From: Candidatus Giovannonibacteria bacterium
GTDB taxonomy: Bacteria > Patescibacteriota > Minisyncoccia > JACPKW01 > UBA11713
Direction: 5' to 3'
Assembly: GCA_016186825.1 (NCBI GenBank)
Contig: JACPKW010000001.1
Span: 13,508-77,507, forward strand
DNA: 64,000 nucleotides
Part shown: one piece after another, positions 1 to 8,920 of the stretch
How the letters are laid out: each line of letters begins with the position of its first letter
Position numbering within the stretch: position 1 is the stretch's first letter
The notes under the pieces: model-generated
What the model saw: the letters and a program-made list of their open reading frames with translations, nothing else
Told to the model about the DNA's origin: nothing
The model's database searches: none
Translations under genes and position numbers: made by a program

Positions 1-13
1 TTTGTTATGATTG

Positions 14-481
14 TTACTCATATTCTTTCGAAACATTAATACTCCACTTAAAAGTTCTGATAACGCCGCCAACGTCCGCAATTCTAAGCTCAATTGATTT
101 AGGCACAGGCTTAATTGCATTGTAAATCAATGCGCCTTCGCGATGATGTCCGCCCGGCGGAGCGCCCTCCCATTGAATCGCCGCATATTCCTTTCCGCGA
201 TCATCCATGAGCATGGAATTTAAAACCATATCCTGACTAAGTTCAACAATGTGAGTACTCATAGATATGTTAAATTTCCATTTTTCACTTTTCTCTGAAA
301 TATCGACCGGCGTGACAGTTACTGTTACATCTTTTTGTTCATCAGTTTTAGTCTCAAGCTCAATTTTCTCCGAACTTTGGTCGTTAGAAATATTTTCTTT
401 AGATAATGGCGCGCTTTTAAGTATGAAAAATCCAGCCACGATCAACGCAAAGATGAAAATATAAATTTCGATTTTGCTCAT
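14..481 (-). CDS. hypothetical secreted or membrane-anchored protein
   Basis: 155-aa ORF with an N-terminal hydrophobic segment (IYIFIFALIVAGFFIL) and no recognised catalytic motif. Lies next to a CsoR-family repressor. Confidence 0.45.
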   Translation of the reverse strand: MSKIEIYIFIFALIVAGFFILKSAPLSKENISNDQSSEKIELETKTDEQKDVTVTVTPVDISEKSEKWKFNISMSTHIVELSQDMVLNSMLMDDRGKEYAAIQWEGAPPGGHHREGALIYNAIKPVPKSIELRIADVGGVIRTFKWSINVSKEYE

Positions 482-930
482 AAATGTCCCCTAAATCTGA
501 TAATTTTATAACTTATTAAAATAATGCCGAACATATTAAACGCAAGTCCAACCCAAAATAATTCTATTTGATACTGGGTAATGACCGTAAACGCGCCTGC
601 AATGCCGATAATTGGAATGAGATTTGCAAGATAGTGCGCGCAGCAAGAGATCATGGCAATTGTAGAAGTTGTTCCCGTAACAGCGATAGTAGTTTTGGAT
701 ATCTTCTCGCTTTGAAGCCTAACAACTTTCTTTAAATATGAATAAAGGCTGATTTGAATGCCGAAACCAATAGCAAGACTTATTAGATATGGCCAAAATA
801 AAAGAAACTGGTTTATTGCAAATTGAATTCCTGAAATGAAGGATACGAGAGAAAAATATACTGCAAGTATTGTGGCAAATGCAATCAAGCCATTCAGAAA
901 AAAATTAATTTTCTGTTTTAAAGCAAGCAT
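478..930 (-). CDS. polytopic membrane protein of unknown function with a Cys-Cys motif
   Basis: 150 aa with about 4 hydrophobic helices and the motif ISCCAHYL, a possible metal-binding CC pair. Its start overlaps the stop of the upstream gene. Confidence 0.45.
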   Translation of the reverse strand: MLALKQKINFFLNGLIAFATILAVYFSLVSFISGIQFAINQFLLFWPYLISLAIGFGIQISLYSYLKKVVRLQSEKISKTTIAVTGTTSTIAMISCCAHYLANLIPIIGIAGAFTVITQYQIELFWVGLAFNMFGIILISYKIIRFRGHL

Positions 931-942
931 AAAGATTACTAA

Positions 943-1209
943 TTAATTATTCCTGATACTGACGTTATGCATCCAAACTATATACATTCCAAAAATAACC
1001 GAAAAAGTAAAAACGTAAACAGCGCCTAGCGCAATACTTGCCGTATCGCCCCATATGAACCCCGGCAAAGTCTCAAAAAAGGCATGGTGCAAGTCAGTTC
1101 CGCGAGCTGTTCTTAGCGGTAAGTAGCCGCCAATTATGCAGAGAATATAAAGAACTTCTCCGCCGAGCACGCAGAGCGGAACATAAATTTTGTAAGCGAG
1201 CTTTCCCAT
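943..1209 (-). CDS. small membrane protein
   Basis: 88 aa with two hydrophobic segments. It ends at 943 and its start at 1209 abuts the csoR-like gene, which fits operon packing. Confidence 0.4.
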   Translation of the reverse strand: MGKLAYKIYVPLCVLGGEVLYILCIIGGYLPLRTARGTDLHHAFFETLPGFIWGDTASIALGAVYVFTFSVIFGMYIVWMHNVSIRNN

Positions 1210-1481
1210 TATTTTTTTCTTTGAGCTAATTTATAAATTTTGAGGATTTCCTCAATCGACCTTTTTTCTTTACCGCTCTTCATCTGATCAATAACATGGG
1301 TTGAAAGGTGGTTTTCAAGCAAAATATGCTCTACGCCCGAAAGAGCTTCTTTGATAGCGTTTGATTGAGTTATGATATCAACGCAGTAAACATCACTAGC
1401 AACCATTTTCTGAATGCCTCGAATCTGCCCTTCAACTATCTTGAGGCGCCTCAATATCCTTTCTTTGTTTTCCTTTCGCAT
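1209..1481 (-). CDS. CsoR/RcnR/FrmR-family metal-sensing transcriptional repressor
   Basis: 90 aa. The motif RLKIVEGQIRGIQKMV followed by YCVDIITQ and downstream His residues matches the DUF156 CsoR-family core, with Cys and His metal ligands in the expected spacing. Confidence 0.7.
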   Translation of the reverse strand: MRKENKERILRRLKIVEGQIRGIQKMVASDVYCVDIITQSNAIKEALSGVEHILLENHLSTHVIDQMKSGKEKRSIEEILKIYKLAQRKK

Positions 1482-1512
1482 TTATCCATCATACCCCCAT
1501 AGGGTATGGAAG

Positions 1513-2151
1513 TCAAATCTCATATTCTATATTAAGATCAAAAACGTCGAACTTAATTCCTTTGGATTCAAGGATCTTTGCCGGAATTGATTGCGTTGGT
1601 CCAGGGATTTTCAGCATGCCGTCGTGGACTGGAAAACAGATTTTGGGTTTTAAATCTAAGGCATAATCAATTCCATCCGAAAGCCTCATCCACGGACCCG
1701 CCACAGGCAATGCCATAATTTCGATCTTTCGTCCGGGATCAGTGGTCAAAATATCTCCCGGATAAAAAAACTTTTTTGAAATAAAATAACCTGTGTTCCG
1801 CACAAGTGGGATAGAAGAATGAATTACGGCATGATCTTTTCCGTATCCTTCGATCAAAAGCCCGCCGACAGAAAGAAATTGCCCTCCTTCTACAAGATCA
1901 AATTTAATATTTTCCTTTTTAAGAATTACGCCCACTCCCCCATTTGTTATTATTCTTGTTTCAGCATTATTATTTAAAATCTGCTTAAGTGAATTTAAAT
2001 CTAGATGGTCCTGATGTTCATGTGTAATTAGTATAGCGTCAACATTTTTGACATCATTTTGACTCTCGGAATAATTACCCGGGTCGATCAAAACCCTTAC
2101 TCCATTTTCTTCAACAAGCATGCAGGCATGCCCAAACTTCGTAATCTTCAT
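1513..2151 (-). CDS. MBL-fold metallo-hydrolase
   Basis: 212 aa with ITHEHQDHLD, the HxHxDH metallo-beta-lactamase zinc motif, and a downstream His/Asp. Confidence 0.7.
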   Translation of the reverse strand: MKITKFGHACMLVEENGVRVLIDPGNYSESQNDVKNVDAILITHEHQDHLDLNSLKQILNNNAETRIITNGGVGVILKKENIKFDLVEGGQFLSVGGLLIEGYGKDHAVIHSSIPLVRNTGYFISKKFFYPGDILTTDPGRKIEIMALPVAGPWMRLSDGIDYALDLKPKICFPVHDGMLKIPGPTQSIPAKILESKGIKFDVFDLNIEYEI

Positions 2152-2218
2152 GCATTCAATAATAGCATAGAGTAAAATTTTTTTTTGTTACGGTTTGATA
2201 ATCGTGACATTTAGAAAA

Positions 2219-2260
2219 CACGGTACCATCTTGGTGCGATCGCACCAAGATGGTACCGTG
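2219..2260. repeat. perfect 42-bp palindrome CACGGTACCATCTTGGTGCGATCGCACCAAGATGGTACCGTG, a member of the GGTACC/CGATCG palindrome family
   Basis: Read directly: the first 21 nt are the exact reverse complement of the last 21 nt. It sits between the end of the VOC gene and the start of the MBL gene, with a T-run upstream. Confidence 0.85.
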
Positions 2261-2289
2261 ATAGCATTCTCAATTTTTTGAATTTCTAA

Positions 2290-2664
2290 TTAAGCGTTTT
2301 GCCAAAGGCTTAGCACATTATCTTCCGTGTCCCGGAAATATGCGACAAAACCCATCTTGCCTACCGGAGTCTTTTCTTTCAGAACTTCCCCGCCGTTTTC
2401 GCGGATTTTTTCAAGAGTCGAATCAATGTCTCGAACATTTATCGAAAATGAGGGGCCAGCTAAATTTCCTCCACGCAGTGCCATCCCCCCATTTATGGCG
2501 CCGGGCTCTTTCGGCCTCATATTCTCATCCACCTCAACTGTTTGGGCAATGACATAATTCATCTCGGGATAATCGTTCATTTTCCAACCAAAAATACCAG
2601 AGTAAAATTTTTTCGCGCGCGTGAGATCATCCGCAGGCAACTCAAAATGCACAACTTTATTCAT
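2290..2664 (-). CDS. VOC (glyoxalase/bleomycin-resistance) family protein
   Basis: 124 aa. The N-terminus VHFELPADDLTRAKKFYSGIFGW is the typical VOC beta-alpha-beta-beta-beta start. Confidence 0.6.
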   Translation of the reverse strand: MNKVVHFELPADDLTRAKKFYSGIFGWKMNDYPEMNYVIAQTVEVDENMRPKEPGAINGGMALRGGNLAGPSFSINVRDIDSTLEKIRENGGEVLKEKTPVGKMGFVAYFRDTEDNVLSLWQNA

Positions 2665-2736
2665 GTTATTACGTTAGATTAATAATATTTAATACTATGT
2701 TTGCCACTCCTTGGTTACAAAGTTTCCACTATATAA

Positions 2737-3231
2737 TCATCCTATTATTTTGGGTGTTTTATACTCGTATGAGATGCGGTTGAATTCATCTGTTGGATAT
2801 ATTCTGATGCCGTCTTCGAAACAAAGCGCAAATTCTCTAATTCCAGCCTCCAATGCCGCACGGCTGCAAATTGTGCACTTCAGGGCAGTTGCTTTAACTT
2901 TATCTCCGTTTTCATCCACGCAAACAAAGTAAATCGTTGCGCTTTCCATATCATTTCTTTTTTTTATCGCATCCTGAATTGCGCGCTGTTCGGCATGAAT
3001 ACAGCAGGTACGGTCATGCCTGAATCCGGCTGGAATTTCGTATTCATTCAGACAAGTCCTAAGTTCTGGATTATTTTGTGGAGGCGAATTGAAACCTTCG
3101 CCGATTATTTTCCCGTATTTAACTATCACGGCTCCGCATTTCGCGCGCAAACACAACGAATTTGCAGCAACTCTTGCCGTCTCATTAAACCATTTCATTT
3201 CTTTATATTGATCGAGTGGAATCAGCTTCAT
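2737..3231 (-). CDS. dCMP/cytidine deaminase-family zinc enzyme (ComEB-like)
   Basis: 164 aa with CIHAEQRAI (the H-A-E zinc motif) and a downstream CTICSRAA that supplies the PCxxC-like ligands. Confidence 0.55.
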   Translation of the reverse strand: MKLIPLDQYKEMKWFNETARVAANSLCLRAKCGAVIVKYGKIIGEGFNSPPQNNPELRTCLNEYEIPAGFRHDRTCCIHAEQRAIQDAIKKRNDMESATIYFVCVDENGDKVKATALKCTICSRAALEAGIREFALCFEDGIRIYPTDEFNRISYEYKTPKIIG

Positions 3232-3803
3232 GATTTATTAGAAAGTTCCAATAAATTTTCAATAATATCTGGCAATTCGGCGCAGGATTTCTCATCATTT
3301 ATTGGACCCGAAAAATGCCCCATATTGTGTTTCAAAATAGTTTTAGCACCAAGCTCTTTTTTAAATATTTCTGCAAATCGCATATCAACAAAAGGATCAT
3401 TATCTGAATAGACCGAAACAAAACCATTTTTAGATGATGATTTTATCTTAGCAAAGTCGAAAGGACTCCCGAAAAAATTATTAATTTCCTCAAATCCAAT
3501 ATCTTCAGTAAATCCTGCCACAAATAAAACGCCGCCTACTTTTTCATTAACTTTGAGATTTTCCAAATATCGAAGTATTGTTGCACACCCAATACTATGT
3601 CCGATTAAATACAAATCCGCATCAGGAACTCCTATAATCTTTGCCAAAAACGGAACCCAAATATCCTGTCGCGGGTTATTTGTATCGGGAAAAGCTGGAA
3701 CAGATACATTAATGCCGCGTGCTTCGAGTTCTTTTTTTACATATGGATACCAGTAATATTCCGGATTCCCTTCCCAGCAATGGACAATAATTGCTCTTTT
3801 CAT
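3228..3803 (-). CDS. alpha/beta hydrolase, YdeN/RBBP9-like serine hydrolase
   Basis: 191 aa with the GHSIGC nucleophile elbow, DPFVD and a C-terminal HF, matching the YdeN-type esterase pattern. Confidence 0.6.
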   Translation of the reverse strand: MKRAIIVHCWEGNPEYYWYPYVKKELEARGINVSVPAFPDTNNPRQDIWVPFLAKIIGVPDADLYLIGHSIGCATILRYLENLKVNEKVGGVLFVAGFTEDIGFEEINNFFGSPFDFAKIKSSSKNGFVSVYSDNDPFVDMRFAEIFKKELGAKTILKHNMGHFSGPINDEKSCAELPDIIENLLELSNKS

Positions 3804-3826
3804 TTTAAATCACTTGTCATATTTTA

Positions 3827-5698
3827 TTATTTGGTTATTGATCTTTCAATTAAATCGCTATCTTCAATATCATCAACAGCAATTTCCTCTGAAATCTCTT
3901 TCTCTTCCACTGCTGGTTCTGTTTCAGTCAAAAATCCTCCGGCCTGAATTGACCACAGTTTTTTATAAAGCCCCTCTTTTTGAAGAAGTTTTGCATGCGT
4001 TCCTTCGTCTATAATCTTCCCGTTATCAATCACTAGAATCCTATCCATTTTCATAATCGTGGAAAGGCGATGCGCAATGACAACGACAGTTTTCCCCTGC
4101 ATCAATGTTTGCAAAGCATCTTGAATTAAGGCCTCGGACTCGGAATCCAGGCTTGAAGTCGCCTCATCAAGAATCAATATTGGCGAATTTTTTAATATTG
4201 CCCGCGCAATCGCAACTCTTTGGCGTTCACCGCCGGATAATTTAACGCCACGCTCGCCAACATAAGTATTGTAACCGTCAGGAAGAGATCTGATAAATTC
4301 ATCGGCGTGCGCTTTCTTGGCGGCATCAACCACTTCTTCATCTATTGCGTCTCGCTTTCCATAACGGATATTGTCCATGAGAGTCCTATGAAATAATATC
4401 GGTTCCTGCGGAACAAAAGCAATCGAATTTCTCAAGCTTTCCTGTGTAACTCGTGAAATATTTTGCCCGTCAATCTCAATTGAACCGCTTCTAACGTCAT
4501 AAAGGCGAAGTAAAAGTTTTGTTACGGTGGTTTTTCCCGCCCCCGATGGACCGACGAGCGCAACTTTTTCTCCGCCGTCGATTTTCAGATTGAAGTTATT
4601 GAGCACAGGCCGATTTTCGTGAAAGTGAAAATTTATATTTTTTATGTTGATCTCGGCACGATAAGTTTTTATTGTAGGAGCATTAAGAATATCTTGGATT
4701 TCATGCGGAGTTGTTAAAATTTCTACCATTTCGCCCCCATCGGCAAAGGCATCATAGATGCGCCTAAATTCGCGATTGATTCCATCCAAACGGTTAAACG
4801 TGCCCAAAAGATATGTCTGGATCAAAACAAAATCTCCTATCGTAAGAAGTCCTTGCCTCCAAAAAATTATCGCCCCATATAGCATTGTGACGTTAATGAC
4901 AACCGTGAGAAATCCCTGCCCCGCCCAAATCATTTCATCCGCGTTCCATGACCGCATCGTTGCATAAAGCCACCTGGAAACCGCTAGTTTAAATCTCGCG
5001 TATTCATGCTCTAGGCCTGAAAAAAGCGTTACGGTAGTCTGATTTGAAATGGAATCAGCGAGTGCGCCAACCATGCGACTGTCCTCTTCGGAGCGCATAT
5101 TTCTGATGGGCTGGCGCAATCTCGCGACAAAAAACTGGAAAATGATGAAAAATATTACCCAAGCTGCAAGGATTAATCCCAAAGTCTCATTTCTGATAAA
5201 AAGGACAATATCCACACCAACAACAAACAAAAATGTTGGAAAAAAACTCATCATAATCGCATCGAAAAGAGTTTCAAATGCGTGGGTAAATTTACTCACA
5301 CGGCGAGTCAGAGTGCCTGCAAACTGGGAAATAAAGAAGTGATATGAATGCCCAATGAGATAGTCAAAAGCAGTCGAATAAAGATCCGCCATGGCCATAG
5401 CTTCAAGCCTCACAATACTGAATGTAAATGTCCTTCTCGCGATCCATTCAAAAAATAAAACAAACGCGATAATAACAAGAAGCGAAAGAAGTTCTCCGGC
5501 TATTTGGGCGCTTGGGGTCTTTGACGCCAGCAAATTAAAGAAAGTTCTCAAATAAAGCGGGGCCGCGAGGCTCGCCGCCTGAATCCCAATCGTTCCCAAA
5601 ACTACAGCGCTAAAAAGCCATGGATATGCAATGGCATGTTTAAAAAAAATATTTATCACCGCGCCCGCGCGGCTTTTTGAATCAAGATTACTTTGCAT
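3827..5698 (-). CDS. ABC transporter permease/ATPase fusion (MsbA-like exporter)
   Basis: 623 aa. N-terminal 6-TM domain, Walker A GPSGAGKTT, signature LSGGERQRVAIARAIL and Walker B ILILDEATSSLD. Confidence 0.85.
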   Translation of the reverse strand: MQSNLDSKSRAGAVINIFFKHAIAYPWLFSAVVLGTIGIQAASLAAPLYLRTFFNLLASKTPSAQIAGELLSLLVIIAFVLFFEWIARRTFTFSIVRLEAMAMADLYSTAFDYLIGHSYHFFISQFAGTLTRRVSKFTHAFETLFDAIMMSFFPTFLFVVGVDIVLFIRNETLGLILAAWVIFFIIFQFFVARLRQPIRNMRSEEDSRMVGALADSISNQTTVTLFSGLEHEYARFKLAVSRWLYATMRSWNADEMIWAGQGFLTVVINVTMLYGAIIFWRQGLLTIGDFVLIQTYLLGTFNRLDGINREFRRIYDAFADGGEMVEILTTPHEIQDILNAPTIKTYRAEINIKNINFHFHENRPVLNNFNLKIDGGEKVALVGPSGAGKTTVTKLLLRLYDVRSGSIEIDGQNISRVTQESLRNSIAFVPQEPILFHRTLMDNIRYGKRDAIDEEVVDAAKKAHADEFIRSLPDGYNTYVGERGVKLSGGERQRVAIARAILKNSPILILDEATSSLDSESEALIQDALQTLMQGKTVVVIAHRLSTIMKMDRILVIDNGKIIDEGTHAKLLQKEGLYKKLWSIQAGGFLTETEPAVEEKEISEEIAVDDIEDSDLIERSITK

Positions 5699-5808
5699 AA
5701 AAATAATTTAGCATGTCAAGCTAAATTTAAAAACTAGCGGAAATTCAATTTGCAAAGACTTCAATGTGAAAATTTTGATATAATTTTTGATATCTGAAAT
5801 TTCAGTTG

Positions 5809-5879
5809 CTGCCGGGCTTGGACTCGAACCAAGATACTGGGCTTCAAAGGCCCATGTCCTACCGTTAGACGACCCGGCA
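5809..5879 (-). tRNA. tRNA-Gln (anticodon UUG)
   Basis: The reverse complement folds as a cloverleaf. Acceptor stem TGCCGGG/CCCGGCA (U1-A72 as in E. coli tRNA-Gln), U8, anticodon stem TGGGC/GCCCA with loop CTTTGAA (anticodon UUG), T-arm CTTGG-TTCGAGT-CCAAG, discriminator G. CCA is not encoded. Confidence 0.75.
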
Positions 5880-5996
5880 ATACATCCAAACTTACCAAAA
5901 AATGGCCGAATTTTCAATCAAATTTTGATTGCTTTTGTTTTATTGGATGCTAGAATCCAAAAAGCTGAAACTTTACAACAAACCAAAGGAGGATAT

Positions 5997-6236
5997 ATGT
6001 TGCTATTCATCATGTCTTCAATATTGGTGGTTCTTGGAATGGCAGTCGCGCTTTTGTCCCTAATCTGCTGGCAAATTAGCGTTGGCTCTTTTTTAGAACT
6101 CAACTCATTTGACGGCGCAAACAAGGATTCAACGACAAAACAATGGATCGATGAAGCGGGACTGCCTTCAGTAAGGTGGTTTAAAATCTCACTTTTAATT
6201 TTCTTTCTGGGGCTTGTCGGAGTTTTTTACTTCTGA
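5997..6236 (+). CDS. small membrane protein
   Basis: 79 aa with two TM segments. ATG at 5997 is preceded by the strong SD AAAGGAGG at 5984-5991. The longer ORF-track version (starting 5787) overlaps the tRNA and is rejected. Confidence 0.5.
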   Translation: MLLFIMSSILVVLGMAVALLSLICWQISVGSFLELNSFDGANKDSTTKQWIDEAGLPSVRWFKISLLIFFLGLVGVFYF

Positions 6237-6256
6237 TACTGACCGTGAGCTTGCAA

Positions 6257-6297
6257 TTGAGGGCGGCGCAATATGCGACCGCCCTCAAAACGTTTTT
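6257..6297 (+). terminator. intrinsic terminator
   Basis: 10-bp stem TTGAGGGCGG/CCGCCCTCAA with a 12-nt loop, followed by AACGTTTTT. It lies immediately downstream of the 5997-6236 gene. Confidence 0.6.
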
Positions 6298-6348
6298 AGT
6301 CAAGAAAACTTGCTTCAAAAAGCATAGTTAGCACTTAATAGGAAGTTT

Positions 6349-6882
6349 ATGAAAATTTCAGACAAATTTCCTCAATTTAATAACAATAAGACCATGATGA
6401 TCGTGGCGGCAAAGCAGGATGCGAGATTTTTAATCGCTCGAGATGGAATCTTGGAAGAAGCAAAGGTATTCCGGATTGAAAAACGAAGATATTCCGATCG
6501 TGAAGGGCATTTCAAGGTCAGAGGGCACGGCATCGAAGTTTCTTCAGGCGCGGTTTATGAAGAACCAAAAGAAGCGATGCTCCGTGACTTCTTGGCACGA
6601 TTTATTGCAGTAACTAAAGACCTCCTATTAAAATATGATTTCGGGAATGTAATTATATTTATCCCAGAAAACCTGAAAAAACTGGTTATAAACGCCTTGC
6701 CTTCATACTTTCAAAAGAAAATTAGCGCCGTATTTTACGGAAATTACTTTAAATATCATCCATTCAAGCTGCTCGAGAAAATGAAAACCGAGAGCTCAAA
6801 TAAAATTCCGCCTTCAAATTTAAAACCTGAAGCTAAGAAAATCCTTGATCGTCCAAAAAAAACTTCAACAGCTAAAATTTAG
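6349..6882 (+). CDS. hypothetical protein, possibly baeRF/host-attachment (eRF1-like) family
   Basis: 177 aa. The N-terminal MMIVAAKQDARFLIARDG and the later IIFIPENLKKLVINALP resemble the VVADGxxARxF and LVLVAPPRxLGxLRKALP blocks of the Host_attach family, recalled from memory only. Confidence 0.4.
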   Translation: MKISDKFPQFNNNKTMMIVAAKQDARFLIARDGILEEAKVFRIEKRRYSDREGHFKVRGHGIEVSSGAVYEEPKEAMLRDFLARFIAVTKDLLLKYDFGNVIIFIPENLKKLVINALPSYFQKKISAVFYGNYFKYHPFKLLEKMKTESSNKIPPSNLKPEAKKILDRPKKTSTAKI

Positions 6883-6953
6883 CATCCAAATTTTAGGTTA
6901 CACCGACATGATCGCCCCAGGATGCAACGATGAAAAAAATAAACATTGACTGC

Positions 6954-7196
6954 TTACTTTTCCGTATAGCTTGCGAGGCGCATCGAAACAAACGTGATTA
7001 TGAGCGTCAAGATCAGCGCGTAGATGAATTTGGCAATGACATTGTTGGGTGCGTCGCCGAAAATTGATTTAAACAGCGACTGAATCGCATCATTCCACGC
7101 CAAAGCAGCGACTAATCCTAAACCAGCCAACATAAGAGTGATCGTTCTTTCGGTTACAGCTTTTTTAATATCTTTTTTATTGGTGTTTTCGTCCAT
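6954..7196 (-). CDS. small membrane protein
   Basis: 80 aa with two hydrophobic helices. Immediately downstream of dnaX on the same strand. Confidence 0.5.
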   Translation of the reverse strand: MDENTNKKDIKKAVTERTITLMLAGLGLVAALAWNDAIQSLFKSIFGDAPNNVIAKFIYALILTLIITFVSMRLASYTEK

Positions 7197-7200
7197 AAAA

Positions 7201-8289
7201 TTAATTAGTTATTTTTAATACCGCAAGCTCGAGCGCCAGCTGCGGGAGATAAGCAGCTTTCAATAAGTCATAAGATTCATTTAACGCAGACAAAGTTTGC
7301 TCTATTTTATTTGTTTCAGTTTTATCTGAATTTTCCTTCAGAAATGCAAGCTCTTTTTTGGAAATAATTTTTTCAAGCTCTTTTTCGTGTTCAGGAACGA
7401 CTTTTAAATAAAGCATGAATCTGAAATTTCGAATAAGCATCTTAAAAAATGCCTTAATGTCGGTGCCCCCCAAAATACTCTTCTGAACCGTTTGAATGCC
7501 GCTTTTGGTATCGTTAGAAATAAGCGCCAAAATTAATTTTTCGAGAAGCTCGCTTCCCGGAACGCCCAAAAGGAGGCGGACATCTTTCGATTTAATTTCA
7601 CCCTCTGAAAAAGCTAGCGCCTGATCAAGCACGCTTTGTGCATCTCTTAATGAGCCTTCAGCAAGGGCCGCAATTATTCCCAATGCTTCCGGTTCAGCTC
7701 TCAACTTTTCTTTTTTGCAAATCTCTGCCAATGCCCCGACTAGATCTTCTTCAGGAATTCTACGAAACTCAAAATGCTGCACCCGTGAAATTATCGTTTC
7801 AGGAACTTTATCAATTTCTGTTGTCGCAAGAATAAAAACGATATGCAAGGGCGGCTCTTCCAGCGTCTTCAAAAGCGCGTTAAAGGCTTCTTTCGTAAGC
7901 ATATGCACTTCGTCAATAATATAAACTTTGTATTTAGATCTAAACGGAAGCATCTCAACCGCTTCCTTTAAAGCGCGGATCTCGTCAATTCCTCTGGAGG
8001 ATGCCGCATCAATTTCAATTAAATCAAGCGTGGCGCCGGAGACAAATTCTCTACAAATATCGCAATCATTACAAGGGCGCGCCTCGAGCTTTTTCGATTG
8101 ACAGTTTATTGCGCGCGCAAAAATCCGCGCGACAGTTGTTTTTCCGGTCCCGCGAGGTCCTGAAAAAAGATAAGCATGTGAAATGCGATTTTTTATAATA
8201 GCGGCAGTTAAAACTGCGAGCACATGTTTTTGCCCGACGACTTCGTCGAATCTTTGGGGACGGTATTTTCGGTATAAAACTTCCGACAT
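7201..8289 (-). CDS. dnaX: DNA polymerase III subunit gamma/tau (short form)
   Basis: 362 aa. Walker A GPRGTGKTT, zinc module CQSKKLEARPCNDCDICREF, DExx box IIDEVHML and sensor motifs. Confidence 0.85.
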   Translation of the reverse strand: MSEVLYRKYRPQRFDEVVGQKHVLAVLTAAIIKNRISHAYLFSGPRGTGKTTVARIFARAINCQSKKLEARPCNDCDICREFVSGATLDLIEIDAASSRGIDEIRALKEAVEMLPFRSKYKVYIIDEVHMLTKEAFNALLKTLEEPPLHIVFILATTEIDKVPETIISRVQHFEFRRIPEEDLVGALAEICKKEKLRAEPEALGIIAALAEGSLRDAQSVLDQALAFSEGEIKSKDVRLLLGVPGSELLEKLILALISNDTKSGIQTVQKSILGGTDIKAFFKMLIRNFRFMLYLKVVPEHEKELEKIISKKELAFLKENSDKTETNKIEQTLSALNESYDLLKAAYLPQLALELAVLKITN

Positions 8290-8871
8290 TTATTTTCTAA
8301 AGACGAAAAATTTATATCCAAAAAAGTTTGCAAGCAAAGCCACAATTGAACCGAATGCCGCGCCGATATTTGCCCAAAGTTTTGGCTCAATTCCAAATTG
8401 CGGCCGAACGACATTTACAATGAAAGAGGCGACGCCCACAGTCAGCGCCAGAGATACCGCGCTAACGATGAGGAATTTCACGTACTCGCCCGCTTCGACG
8501 TTGCTCTGCATCGAAAAAGTCCAGAATTTGTTCCAGAGATAGCTATTTATGTTAGCGATAATGAAACTTAGAGCGGAAAAAAGCGAGAATCCAAAACCTT
8601 CTGTAATTCCAGTTTGAGCCATTAATAAATTTAAAACACCAAAAAAAACTACAAAATTTAAACCACCTGCCACAAAAAACTTTCCAAATTGAAAAAATCT
8701 TTGCCCAAAGGTTCCGACAAACCATATAAAAAGTCCGGAACCGAGAGGAAGCACGATAAGCAACAATAAGTTTTCAAAAGGGACTTTGAGTTCGATATAG
8801 CGAAGTGTCGGGAAAAGAAATACACCTGCGATTAATCCTGCAATCAGAGCCAAAAGGAAATCTTTTTTCAT
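8290..8871 (-). CDS. GtrA-family membrane protein (polysaccharide synthesis/flippase-associated)
   Basis: 193 aa, 4 TM, with the signature YLWNKFWTFSMQ typical of GtrA-like proteins. Confidence 0.6.
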   Translation of the reverse strand: MKKDFLLALIAGLIAGVFLFPTLRYIELKVPFENLLLLIVLPLGSGLFIWFVGTFGQRFFQFGKFFVAGGLNFVVFFGVLNLLMAQTGITEGFGFSLFSALSFIIANINSYLWNKFWTFSMQSNVEAGEYVKFLIVSAVSLALTVGVASFIVNVVRPQFGIEPKLWANIGAAFGSIVALLANFFGYKFFVFRK

Positions 8872-8920
8872 GTTTTAATAATACACTTAAATTTAACTGA
8901 TATGAAGCTATAATTAAGGC

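Noticed and set aside
5708-5917. 69-aa minus-strand ORF, and the N-terminal part of the plus-strand ORF 5787-6236
   Set aside because: Both overlap the tRNA-Gln gene (5809-5879). The plus-strand gene is retained only from the internal SD-preceded ATG at 5997.
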